Below are positions 52,648 through 64,000 of a stretch of DNA of 64,000 nt, in pieces. The stretch lies in assembly GCF_006345805.1 (NCBI RefSeq), contig NC_042997.1, positions 183,396,001 through 183,460,000 of the forward strand. Reading direction: 5' to 3'. The DNA is from Octopus sinensis. Taxonomy: Eukaryota. The notes beneath the pieces were generated by a model, which saw only the letters and a program-made list of their open reading frames with translations, did no database searches and was not told where the DNA came from. The translations under genes were made by a program, and so were the position numbers. How positions within the stretch are numbered: position 1 is the stretch's first letter; the number at the start of each line of letters is the position of its first letter.

Positions 52648-55324
52648 TATCACTTAGGTTGACGAGAGAAGGATGACCTCCCTTTGCAAATACTGATAGG
52701 GCACAGAAAATGTGTCAATAGCCAGCTGGAGATGATGTTCTCCTGGGGCTACAAGCTACAGTAACACCCACCCTTAGTGGTTAGTCATATTGAGATGGCA
52801 AATATACCTCACATAGTTTTTGTAATGTTTTATGTAATATTGCACGATGCATTCAACTTTGAGAATTTTAATTGTATGTGTTTAATATGTAAAGCAGGTG
52901 TAGTGCAAGATGGTTTTAGTCAGTCTGGGGCTGTAATAGAAGATACTTACCCAAGGTGCTCTGCAGTGTGACTGAACCCAAAACCATGTGGTTGGGAAGC
53001 AAACTTCTCACCACACAGCCACACCTGTGCATGCTAATTGAAAATGGATCTGCTGATTTCAACACTTGCTCTTATATTATCATGAAAGGACTTGATATCT
53101 GTAAATTTATCAGGATAACCAAATTTTCTGAGAATTGTCTATAATGCATTGCAATACATTGAACCAATGAAGTCAGTGAATTAATAATAGAAGTCGGGTT
53201 TCTGTTCATTGCATTTCTCTTGTCATTGACAAGCTGAAAATATGTCATTGGTTTTTCATGTCCTGGTTGAGACTCAGGAAGAAGGGATATCCCAACATAT
53301 TAATATGTTGAATGAGCAAAACAGGAATAATTCTGCTTAATATTTTCTTTACATCACTGATGATTAAAATGCCTTGAGAATTACTTCTTGTGTCTTTAAT
53401 ATCTTCAATAATGTATCTCTCCAGTCTTGAAAACTGAACAATATACTTCACAGATTACACATAAAATTGTCCAGAAGATTCAACACCCTATTTCCTCCTA
53501 ATCTGAACACTTCTGCTGGAATAAAATCAATACCAAAAGCTTTTTTTATTTTCAAGCTTATGCAAAATATATCTTTCTTTACTGAAAATAAGAAGATTAT
53601 CTAGAAGGTGTTTTATAAGAACTTTCTGAATGAGTCCCAAAAAGGACCATTCAGTGCTTGATAAGCAATTTAGTAGATCACTAAAATATTTTTGTCACCT
53701 TTGAAGGATCTTATTTGAATATTTAATAAATGTTTTGCTATCCTTAGCCCTAATAAGAAGCTCAGGAAATTAATCAAGGATCAGAAATTTGATTTTTAAG
53801 AGAATAAAATTCTTTAATATACTTTCTGTTATATGCTTTCTGAAAATCATTGGCATGTTCAGTCCATTATTTGTTTTTCATTGTTCTGATTTCCTTCTGA
53901 ATTCTTGATTTAACAGTTTTATATTGGGTCAGTAATTTTCATTTTTAGAGGGTTCTTTACATAGATCTCTTTGCAAGGATCATAAGCTTATCGTCATCAT
54001 CATCATCATCGTCGTTGTTTAACGTCCGCTTTCCCTGCTACCATGGGTTGGAGGATTTGACTGAGGACTGGTGAACCAGATGGCTGCAGCAGACTCCAAT
54101 CTGATCTGGCAGAGTTTCTACAGCTGGATGCCCTTCCTAATACTAACAACTCTGAGAGTGTACTGGGTGCTTTTACATGCCACTGGCAATGGCCACGCTC
54201 AAATGGTGCTTTTTATGTGCCACCTGCACAGGAGCCAATCCAGCGGCACTGGCAATGACCTTTCTTGAATGTTTTTTCACATGCCACCAGCACAAAAGCC
54301 AGTAAGGTGATGCAGGTAATGATCACGCTCGAGTGGTGCTTTTTACATGCCATCAGCACAGAGGCCAGCTTGTTGCTCTGTCAATGATCATGCTCGTATG
54401 GTACTCTTAGTGCTCCACTAGCACGGATGCCAGTCATCGAATTTGATTTTGATTTCGATTTCACTTGCCTCAACAGGTCTTTGCAAGCAGAGTTTAGTGT
54501 CCAATGAAGGAAAGGTATGCATAGGAAAGATACTTTTGTTAAAACCAAAGGCAGCAAACTGGTGGAATTGTTAGTGTATTGGGTAAAATGCTTAGAAGCA
54601 TTTCTTCTGACTCTCTATGTTTTGAGTTCAAATTTTGCTAAGGTTGGCTTTGCTTTTCATCCTTTTGGGGCTGTTAAAATAACTACCAGTTGAGAGCACG
54701 GGGTCAATGTAATTGACTAGCATCCCCTCCCTCAAGATTTCAGGCCTTGTGCCTGTATTAGAAAGAATTATTATCGTCAAACTCAAGTTGGCAGATTATC
54801 AGAATCATTAGCACATTGGGAAGGTGCTTTGTGACATTTATTTTGGCACTTTAAATTCAAGCTCAAATTCTGCTGATCACTTACACAAAAATTGTTGGCC
54901 TTGTAACAAATTTGAAACCATTATTGTCAAACCAGTCCTTCCTTTTTGACTAAGCAACACCCAATATTTCTTTTGAAATTTACTAAGTCTTGTTTTTGAA
55001 GCTTTCCCATGCAATAGTTTAATTCACCTGCCAATAAATTAAGGCTTTGCTCTCACTCTTGCCTTACAGATGTAAAGAAACCAATACTGGTTGTTAAATG
55101 ATGGTGGTGGTGGTGGTGGTGGGGACAAACAAAAACACCAAGACACACATACATAGATATATATACATATATGACAGGCTTCTTTCAGCTTCTGTCTACT
55201 AAATCCACTCACAAAGCTTTGGTTGACCTGGGGTTATAGTAGAAGACACTTGCCAAAGGTAATCTCACCATGGGACTGAACCCAGAAACATGTGGTTGAA
55301 AGCAACTTACCACACAACCATGCC

Positions 55325-55623
55325 TGATATTTCATTATCAATTAAAGTTCTCAAGTTCCAATAAGCAACCAGAAAATTGAACGTGCTTTTTGGAAGATGT
55401 TTGAAAAAGTTCAGGACTGGTGAGCTCAAGTCTTGTAGGCCCTTTTTGGCATTACCTTGTAAAATATACAGTTCATGAATTTGATAGGGTTTTATAGTTT
55501 AGGGCTACTGCAAGCCATACATTATCAACGGGAATGTATAACCAAATAATACACAATATGTATGTTTGTATGTATGTACAGTGATACCTGGCTGTACGAG
55601 TTTAATTCGTTCCATGACCGAGC
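55325..55623 (+). repeat. ~299-bp near-identical local duplication; second copy at 58870-59169
   Basis: Direct sequence comparison of TGATATTTCATTATC...CCATGACC/TGAGC shows only a few differences. Confidence 0.9.
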
Positions 55624-55964
55624 TTGTTTTATGATTTACTTGTTTTACAAATAAATTTTTACTCATAGAAATTAACTAAAGTATAATTAATTCATTCTAG
55701 CCTCCAGAAACCACTCAAAAATAATTTTTTATGGGTTTTAAAACAGAAAAGGTGTAGTTACAAGTAAAATAACAGTTATAAAAAAGAGAATATGAAAGAA
55801 ATATGTTAACTGGTTTTTATTAACTGAATTACCTTAAAGATGGGATGATTTGTGTGCTTGTATAGTGGATTTCCAATGTACTTCAAGACAAAAATTTGCA
55901 TGAGTCTCAGCTTGTACAGCAAATTACTTGTACAATGAGACACTCGTACTGTGAGGTTCTACTG
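55579..55964. mobile_element. Tigger-derived MITE
   Basis: Imperfect TIRs CAGTGATACCTGGCTGTACGAG / CTCGTACTGTGAGGTTCTACTG; left part similar to 43603-43870. Confidence 0.7.
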
Positions 55965-56405
55965 TGTGTGTGTGTGTGTAAAAGCACCATCCGCTCGCGT
56001 CCGTTGCCAGCCTCGCCTGGCCCCCGTGCTGGTGGCACGTAAAAGCACTATCCGTTCGTGTCCGTTGCCAGCCTCGCCTGGCCCCTGTGCCGGTGGCACG
56101 TAAAAGCACCATCCGTTCATGGCCGTTTGCCAGCTCCGTCTGGCACCTGTGCGGGTGGCACGTAAAAAGCACCCACTACACTCATGGAGTGGTTGGCGTT
56201 AGGAAGGGCATCCAGCCATAGAAACACTGCCAGATCTGACTGGGCCTGATGCAGCCTTCCGGCTTCACAGACCCCAGTTGAACCGTCCAACCCATGCTAG
56301 CATGGAAAACGGACGCTAAATGATGATGATGATGATGATATATATATATATATATATATAAGAAAATAAGATGACAAAATAAATGATTATCTTATGAACT
56401 TCATT

Positions 56406-56486
56406 AGCTTGCAGCTGTTTCTGCTATAAGATGCATTGGACTCATATTTGAGTGCTTGAGTAACATTTTATTACTTCGTCAGAGCC
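56406..56486 (-). ncRNA. Degenerate hammerhead ribozyme motif
   Basis: Reverse strand GGCT-CTGACGA-stem II-GAAACAGCTG-CA-AGCT; cleavage triplet reads GCA instead of GUA. Confidence 0.5.
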
Positions 56487-57352
56487 TCGAATACGAAGTG
56501 CATTTTATTAGGAAAAGAATTACATTTGTAATTCTTTCTATTTCACTCTTTTGTTTTTTTTTTATTTGTCAGTTGGTTACCTTGGTTACCTATTTAACCA
56601 ATTAACTAATCGATTGTTTGATTAAACATTCTGTCAGTCAATCACTCAATCAACTAGGTTTGTTAACATGCTTTCATTGCCATTCGCAACCTTAAAAATG
56701 ACATATCCTCTCTACTGTAAGTCTGCTTCAGGTCTGTCTGACTCTGTGTATATATATGTGTAGTTGGTGTTAAGAAGTGCTTCCAGACATAGAAACTATG
56801 CCAAAGCTGACACTGGAACTTGAGACAGTCTTCTGGTTTGTCAGCTCCTGTCAAACTCTGCAACCTATGCTAGCAGGGAAAATAGATGTTAAACAGTGAT
56901 AATGATGATGATGTATACATACATAAACATCATCATCATCATCATCGTTAAACGTCTGCTTTCCATGCTAGCATGGGTTGGATGATTTGACTGAGGACTG
57001 GCGAATCAGATGGCTCCAATCTTGATTTTGCAAAGTTTCTACAGCTGGATGCCCTTCCTAATGCCAACCACTCCGAGAGTGTAGTGGGTGCTTTTATGTG
57101 CCACCGGCACAGAGGCCAGTCAGGCGGTACTGGCAACGGCCATGCTCAAATGGTGCTTTTTATGTGCCACCCGCACAGTAGCCAGTCCAGCGGCACAGGC
57201 AACGACCTTGCTCGAATGTTTTTTCACGTGCCACCAGCACAAGTGCCAGTAAGGCGACGCAGGTAACAATCACGCTTGAATGGTGCTTTTTACATGCCAC
57301 CAGCATGGAAGCCAGTTAGTTGCTCTGGCAACGATCACACTCGGATGGTACT

Positions 57353-57398
<46 letters not shown>

Positions 57399-57402
<4 letters not shown>

Positions 57403-57705
57403 GCAAATAAGAAAATGGAGAAACAAATTCAGCTCGTTCATCAACTTGTAAAATGAATAAATAATGTAAAATTGTAATATCCGTAAGTTGATGAACAAGC
57501 TGAATTTGTTTCTCCATTTTCTTATTTGTATTATAAATTTACGGTAAAAATATTTTTTTACCTTCACCCATTTAATACAATAAATGAATTAATTGCATTG
57601 CAATTAAAAACATTTGTGTATTAAGAATTTGGGTACTTTACCAACAGTATATTGGATAATTGATATCCCATAGTGGGTTACATTCATAACCCCTATCTTA
57701 CTTTA
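57399..57705 (+). mobile_element. 5'-truncated copy of the same element with an inverted 5' segment, between (TA)n tracts
   Basis: 57399-57447 is the near-perfect reverse complement of 57485-57534; body is similar to 7655-7895. Confidence 0.6.
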
Positions 57706-59606
57706 TATATATATATATATATAATACATGTATGTATGTGACAGAGTATGGTCTGATGGTTAGGATGTCACACTCATGACTGCAAGATCATGGTTTAAAT
57801 TCCCAGAGTGGCAGTGCATTTGACACAATAGAGAACCAAAACCAGGTATTTTAAAGTGTGCACAATTTTGCCGACCATTTTGAGATAAAGTTACGTTTTT
57901 CATACCCTAGAATGAAAAGATTTTCATTGACAAAGATTTTCATTAACAAACCTAGAAATAATTTGATAATGAAAATATCTGTCAAATATATAATAATTTG
58001 ATTTCATACACCCCTCTCACAAATATGTATCTTTTATTTAAGTAAAATACATTTTTATTATTTATCTATACATTAGATTATAGTAGTGAACAATACTGAG
58101 CTGATGTAAATCAAAACTGCATGTTTTACAGTTGCTACCCAAGTAAGTTATAGTTGTGGTTGTGTCAAGTATATTTATAAATATCTTAGGGTAATTATTG
58201 ATTATAATATAAAGAAGTATTTTGAATTAAGTATGGTTTGAATTGCAGCCATGTTGGGCACTGCATACAAAGGTTTAGTCAAGCATATTGACTCTAGTAA
58301 TTATTTCAAAGTAGTATGAATGTAAACACACACACATTCTCTCTCTTTCACACATACTGACACATAAATTTACTCATACATACACTCATGGCTGTACACA
58401 CACACACACACAATGGGCTTCTATACAGTTTCTGTCCAATAAAATTCACTCAAGGCATTAATCAACTTTTGGATGCAATAAGACACTTGCTCAAGATGCT
58501 ATGCTGTGGAACTGAACCCAGAACAATATGGTTATGAAGTGGATTTTTTTAACCTTACACCCATGTCTGTAACTATGTTACAGGTGTTCTTTTATTTTTT
58601 TACTTGTTTCAGTCATTTGACTGCAGCCATGCTGGAGCACCACCTTTTGCCAAACAAATCAAGCCCAGGACTTTACTTTGTAAGCCTAGTACTTATTCTA
58701 TCCGTCTTTTTTGCTGAACTGCTACGTTACGGGGATGTAAACACACCACCAACATCGGTGTCAAGCGATTTTGGGGGGGCAAACACAAACACACACACAC
58801 ACACATACATATACATACGACGGGCTTCTTTCAGTTTCCGTATACCAAATACACTCACAAGGCTTTAGTTGATATTTCATTATCAATTAAAGTTCTCAAG
58901 TTCCAATAAGCAACCAGAAAATTGAATGTGCTTTTTGGAAGATGTTTGATAAAGTTCAGGACTGGTGAGCTCAAGTCTTGTAGGCCTTTTTTGGCATTAC
59001 CTTGTAAATTATACAGTTCATGAATTTGATAGGGTTTTTATAATTTAGGGCTACTGCAAGCCATACATTATCAACGGGAATGTATAACTAAAGAATACAC
59101 AATATGTATGTTTGTATGTATGTACAGTGATACCTGGCTGTACGAGTTTAATTCGTTCCATGACTGAGCCCAAAGTGCCACGCAGTGGGACTGAATCCGA
59201 AACTATGTGGTTGGGAAGCAAGCTTCTTACCACACAGCCACTCCTGTATGCTTCTTTAGAATTCACAGCTCATGGATCCAATTCTAGCCAATATGAACTT
59301 TTCTATGATATGAAGATAAGGATGGAATATAGCACATTATTTTCAAATTTTGGTACAAGGCCAGCAATTTCAGGGGAAGCGGTAAGTTGATTACAATGAT
59401 CCCAGTGTCCAATCGGTGCTTATTTTATCGACCCCAAAAGGATGAAAGACAAAGTCGATCTCAGTAGAATTTCAGAACGTGCAGACGAATGAAATACCAG
59501 TAAGTAATTTTGCTCAGCATGGTAATGATTCTGCTAGCTTGCTGACTCAGGAATACTGTATATTAAGATTTGTTGAAGCTTTACTAACATACTCATCGAG
59601 AAACAG

Positions 59607-59908
59607 GGTTCTATTTAAGAAGAGTGGTCCTGGTGCATGCATTCACGTACTTGCGCATCCGTGCTAGCTAGTCGTGACTAGTCGATCTTACCTAGCAAAG
59701 TAAATAAAACACAAAATAAATAATTTTTTTACACAAAGTAAATAATTTTTTTAAAACAAAGTAAATAAAACTCAAAAGCACAAAGTAAATAATTTTTTTA
59801 AACAAAGTAAATAAAACACAAAAACACAAAGTAAGGATCGACTAGTCACGACTAGCTAGCGCGGATGCATGAGTACGTGCACTGGGACCACTCTTCTTAA
59901 ATAGTACC
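59607..59908. mobile_element. MITE with 9-bp TSD (Merlin- or Mutator-type)
   Basis: Perfect TSD GAGAAACAG at 59598-59606 and 59909-59917; ~80-bp imperfect TIRs starting GGTTC/GGTAC; internal CAAAGTAAATAA repeats. Confidence 0.85.
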
Positions 59909-60243
59909 GAGAAACAGAATGGTATTATAGATAACGTCTTTGAGTTCATTCCATAATTAAGGTGGTTAACTTTTTGATGTAAATCTTTAAAAAAAGTAGT
60001 AGATAGCAACTCTCAAGGTAGAAGGGAGTGACAAGCATATAACAAGGAATATAGCTTTCAGAGATGTTCTTTTCTAAAACTGCATGTTCACTACTACTCA
60101 AGTGAACTTTAAAATGATCAAATGTCTTGAACAAAATACAGTTTCAAAAGAAATATATTTCATGGTTCTCAATAAACTTCCAACCATCTTAGAGTTTTCA
60201 AAATAACCATGGAAATTCTGCTGGTACTGTTAGTGTAACTTAA

Positions 60244-60360
60244 CCCTTTGAGCCCTGACCTCCCGAACCTTATGTTACCATATACCTGGCGCTCCACCGG
60301 TGCTACGGTATAGAGAAAATTAATCCATCCACCAGTAAACTGGTGTTTGGGCCCAAAGGG
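60244..60360. mobile_element. piggyBac-type MITE (117 bp)
   Basis: TTAA on both sides; TIR CCCTTTGA/GGCCC with 1 mismatch. Confidence 0.8.
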
Positions 60361-61149
60361 TTAATTTTTAATTTCTTGAAATTATCTCCCCTTTTATTGA
60401 CAATTACCAACAAGATTTTGTTTTCTTTCTCCAAGAGGGAAATTCCAACTAATTAAAATTTTTATGCATGCTCTACTCAGTAGATCACCCTTTAATTATA
60501 CCCTTAAAGTTATATTTCTCTGAAGTGCACACACTAAAATCAAGTAAACTAAGATAACCATTAAATCTAAGACAAAAGAACAAAATTCTTATATTGTTAT
60601 TGCTTATCATTCCTAGAATATGGTCAAATAAGAATTATGAGACACATCTCAATGGCTGCAGTGAAATTTGAAATCCTCTCCAACACCATTAACAGCCAAG
60701 CACTTAAACTTCACATCCGTTGTGATTAATATTTAGTTTTTATATGATTATTTAATAACTATTACTAGCAATGTGAACAGGTGTGGACTTAATATTAGAA
60801 CATAAATTCAACAAACATTTCTATTAGGACATTTCTTTCAGGCATAACTTTTACGTCTGTGCTTTTTTATTCCATTAAAATTTTTTACTCAAGATACTTT
60901 CATCAGATCTCTTGATCAGATTAAATATTATAAACAGAACTTGTTAAACAATAGTCATAGCAATATTTACTCCTTTTATTCTTTTACTGGTTTTAGTAAT
61001 TTGAATGGTTTTAGTCGAACAGATGGACTCCAGGGCTTTTTTTTTTATTCCATTGGTCTCTTTTGCTGAACCACTAAGTTATAGGGATGTAAACACACCA
61101 TCACCAGTTGTTAAGCAGTGATGGTGGTACAAACACAGACACAAAGATA

Positions 61150-61610
61150 CACACACATAGATATATATATATGAATATAGACGACAGGCTTCTTTCAGTT
61201 TCCGCCTACCAAATCCACTCACAAGCCTTTGGTTGGCCCAAGACACACACACATAGACATATGCATAAACATATATGATGGGCTTCTTTAAGTTTCCATC
61301 TACCAAATCCACTCGCAAGCCTTTGGTTGGTCCGAGACACACACACATAGATATATGCATAAACATATACGACGGGCTTCTTTAAGTTTCCGTCTACCAA
61401 ATCCACTCACAAGCCTTTGGTTGGTCCGAGACACACACACATAGATATACACATAAACATATACAACGGGCTTCTTTAAGTTTCCGTCTACCAAATCCAC
61501 TCACAAGCCTTTGGCTGGCCCAAGACACACACACATAGATATATACGTAAACATATACGATGGGCTTCTTTTAGTTTATGTCTACTAAATCCACTCATGA
61601 GGCTTTGGTC
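61150..61610. repeat. 94-bp tandem array (~4.5-5 units) within a family C SINE
   Basis: Equivalent positions at 61183, 61277, 61371, 61465 and 61559. Confidence 0.9.
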
Positions 61611-62192
61611 AGTAGAAGACATTTGCCCAAGGTGCCACACAGTAGGATTGAACCTGGAACCACGAGGTCGGGAAGCAAGCTTCTTAGCACACAGCCATGC
61701 TTGTGCCTGTTTATGGAATTTTTCTTTCCATTGTTTGTTTTTAATAGTTTTGGCTTCTCCATTAAATTTAATAAATTCTGTCATCAATTTTGTATCTGAA
61801 GTAATTCATTTAAAAAGAAAAAGCATTGTATCTCATTGCTGAATGGTCAAAAGAAGACAAGGAGACTGTTTAGATAAAACAATAAATGGGAGTTAGAAAG
61901 AATGTGTAATTCTCTTTAATTTGCAGCACCTTTATATGAATGAAGACATCAATAAATTTATGACAAAATGAAAAGTGAAGAAGAAAGTTATTTTGAGACA
62001 GATCAATGGATTTAAAAAAAGTTAAAAAGAAAGAATCCAGGAGGAAAAGTAAAATATTCTCCGCAGAAGTTTTTAAGCATAAAGAATACATGCTGTTCAT
62101 AACCACAGTTTAACAATTAAATAAATTGAGTAAATTTGTCGGCATTTTCGCCAGTCAGCTGCCAATAAATTATTTTGCCTGTCTGCTTTTGG

Positions 62193-62396
62193 TTAGTTAT
62201 AATCTAAGGAACAAATAGGAGTTGAAGGTGCACTGTTATAAGGACAGCTTTCTTCATCATCACTATGATTACCAATGCATTCAACAATAGGTACATGACC
62301 ACTGTCCCACATTCCAGTACCACAAAGAGAGCAAAGTCCGTGCAGCGTACAAGGAATCTTAGGAATTTTTCGAAACTGGTGCAAAAGTCCACGAGC
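62193..62396 (-). CDS. TBC1D16: TBC1D16 (Rab-GAP) terminal coding exon, ARGLLHQFRKIPKIPCTLHGLCSLCGTGMWDSGHVPIVECIGNHSDDEESCPY...*
   Basis: TTTTATTTTAG acceptor, phase 0, TAA at 62195-62193; closely matches the recalled TBC1D16 C-terminus ARSLLYQFRLLPRIPCSLHDLCKLCGSGMWDSG...ECTGHH...SCPY. Confidence 0.9.
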   Translation of the reverse strand, partial: ARGLLHQFRKIPKIPCTLHGLCSLCGTGMWDSGHVPIVECIGNHSDDEESCPYNSAPSTPICSLDYN

Positions 62397-63037
62397 CTAA
62401 AATAAAAAAAATTATAAATTGCATAAACAAACGTGTCACTGATAATTCTGATATTCATGTAAGTATTACAAATTCTTTCATTATTTTATTTGTTTCACTC
62501 ATTTGACTGTGGCCATGCTGGAGCACTGTCTTGAAGGGTTTTTGTTGAATAAATTGCCCTCAGGATTTTTGTTTTTTAAGCCTAGTATTTATTCTATTGG
62601 GCTCTTTTGCCAAACCACTAAGTTACAGGGATGTAAATACACCAACACCGGTTGTTAAGCTGTGATGGAGGGACAAGCACAAACACAAAAGCACACATAC
62701 AGATTATATATATATAAACGATTTTTTTTGTAGCCGTTGCCAGTACCGCCTGACTGGCCCTCGTGATGGTGGCATGTAAAAGCACCCACTACACTCTCAG
62801 AGTGGTTGGTGCTAGGAAGGGAATCCAGCTGTAGAAACTCTGCCAGATCAAGATTGGAGCCTGGTGCAGCCATTTGGTTCACCAGTCCTCAGTCGAATCG
62901 TCCAACCTATGCTAGCATGGAAAGCAGACGTTAAACGACAATGATGATGATGATGATGATGATGATGATATATATATATATAATTGATTGATTGATTCTA
63001 GTTTCAGCTCACGAGCTGTGGCCATGCTGGGGCACCA

Positions 63038-63080
<43 letters not shown>

Positions 63081-63081
63081 C

Positions 63082-63420
63082 ATGGGGTGTGATGGGTAAA
63101 TTGTCGCCATGTTATATTTTTAATTTCATGCATGAGCATAGTTTTTTTTATATTTTGTTGACTACATAGTATAGCAGGGTTAGTTGGACACTGTCTGTGA
63201 GAAAAATAGCATCATGACACAATTCACTCTGCCAGAAATTTGGAAATGACATGCTGTACTGCTTGGTATTTGCGTCGGAAGCTCCAATATGAACACTTCA
63301 GAGTGTTTGGGTGTCAATCTGAGGACATGTACTGAGATTGATGAAAATCAAACATCCAGTCAATATTATGGTGTTTGGAGTGATCACTAGTGATGGTGAT
63401 GTTAAGCCTCCATTTATCTT
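63082..63420 (+). mobile_element. Tc1/mariner-superfamily relic
   Basis: TIR-like GGGGTGTGATGGGTAAATTGTCGCC after TA; MVFGVITSDGDVKPPFIF motif. Confidence 0.5.
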
Positions 63421-64000
63421 CACACATATCTATTTGGTTGGTGTCTTATGATACTAATTGAGGTTTTTGTGATCTCTTGGTTAGTTAGAAGGCAAGTGCT
63501 ATGCAGAACCTGCCTTCTGACCAATTGAAAAATCACAAAACTCTAAGGTGCACCATAAGGCACCAACCAAATATACACACAAGCAAAATAAGAAGTTGGT
63601 AGTACACTAAATTTAGCCTAGTGTGCCATATCCCAGCCTAGTACCATTAAATATCTTAGTAATCATGTAACAATTTACCATATGACCAAAGATGAAATGA
63701 TGGTTTTTTTTTTACAGACTGTTAAGACAGATAGAACTTATATCTTATGAAATAGAAATTACCATAAATCCTTCATCATAAAAAAAATAACTTACTGATC
63801 ATCATCATCATTGCTTATCAATCACCTTCCATGATGGCATGGGTGGGATGTTTGACAGGAGCTGACAAGGCAGAAGCCTGCACCAGGCTTCTGTAACTGT
63901 TTTGGCAGGATTTTTACAGCTGGATTCCCTTCCTAACACCAACCACTCAGCAGAGTGGACTTAGTGCTTTTTACATGGCACAAGCACAGGCATGGTCAGT

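Noticed and set aside
61150-61610. CRISPR-like regular array
   Set aside because: The whole 94-bp unit repeats with no unique spacers; it is SINE-derived, in eukaryotic DNA, and no cas genes are present.

Overview
AT-rich, repeat-dense eukaryotic DNA; the SINE/RTE repeat landscape and (TA)n load suggest an octopus (coleoid) genome (inference). Minus strand 22292->292: the first 11 coding exons (378 codons, phase-consistent GT-AG junctions) of a TRPC4AP orthologue, continuing off the left edge. Minus strand 62396->62193: terminal coding exon of a TBC1D16 orthologue. Plus strand 49477-50652: an unrecognised 391-aa ORF in a large exon. The rest is mostly transposon debris: a decayed CR1/L2-group LINE inside a (TA)n tract, RTE LINE fragments, tRNA-derived SINEs, Tigger/pogo, Tc2-like, Tc1/mariner and Chapaev3-like relics, Helitrons, piggyBac-type MITEs and a Merlin/Mutator-type MITE. 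The most notable signal is a set of non-coding elements with type I hammerhead-ribozyme motifs (7428-7559, 52603-52647, 56406-56486) plus (TA)n-anchored inverted end duplications. Together these suggest Penelope-like/retrozyme elements. All calls were made by eye; no alignment, folding or database search was run.
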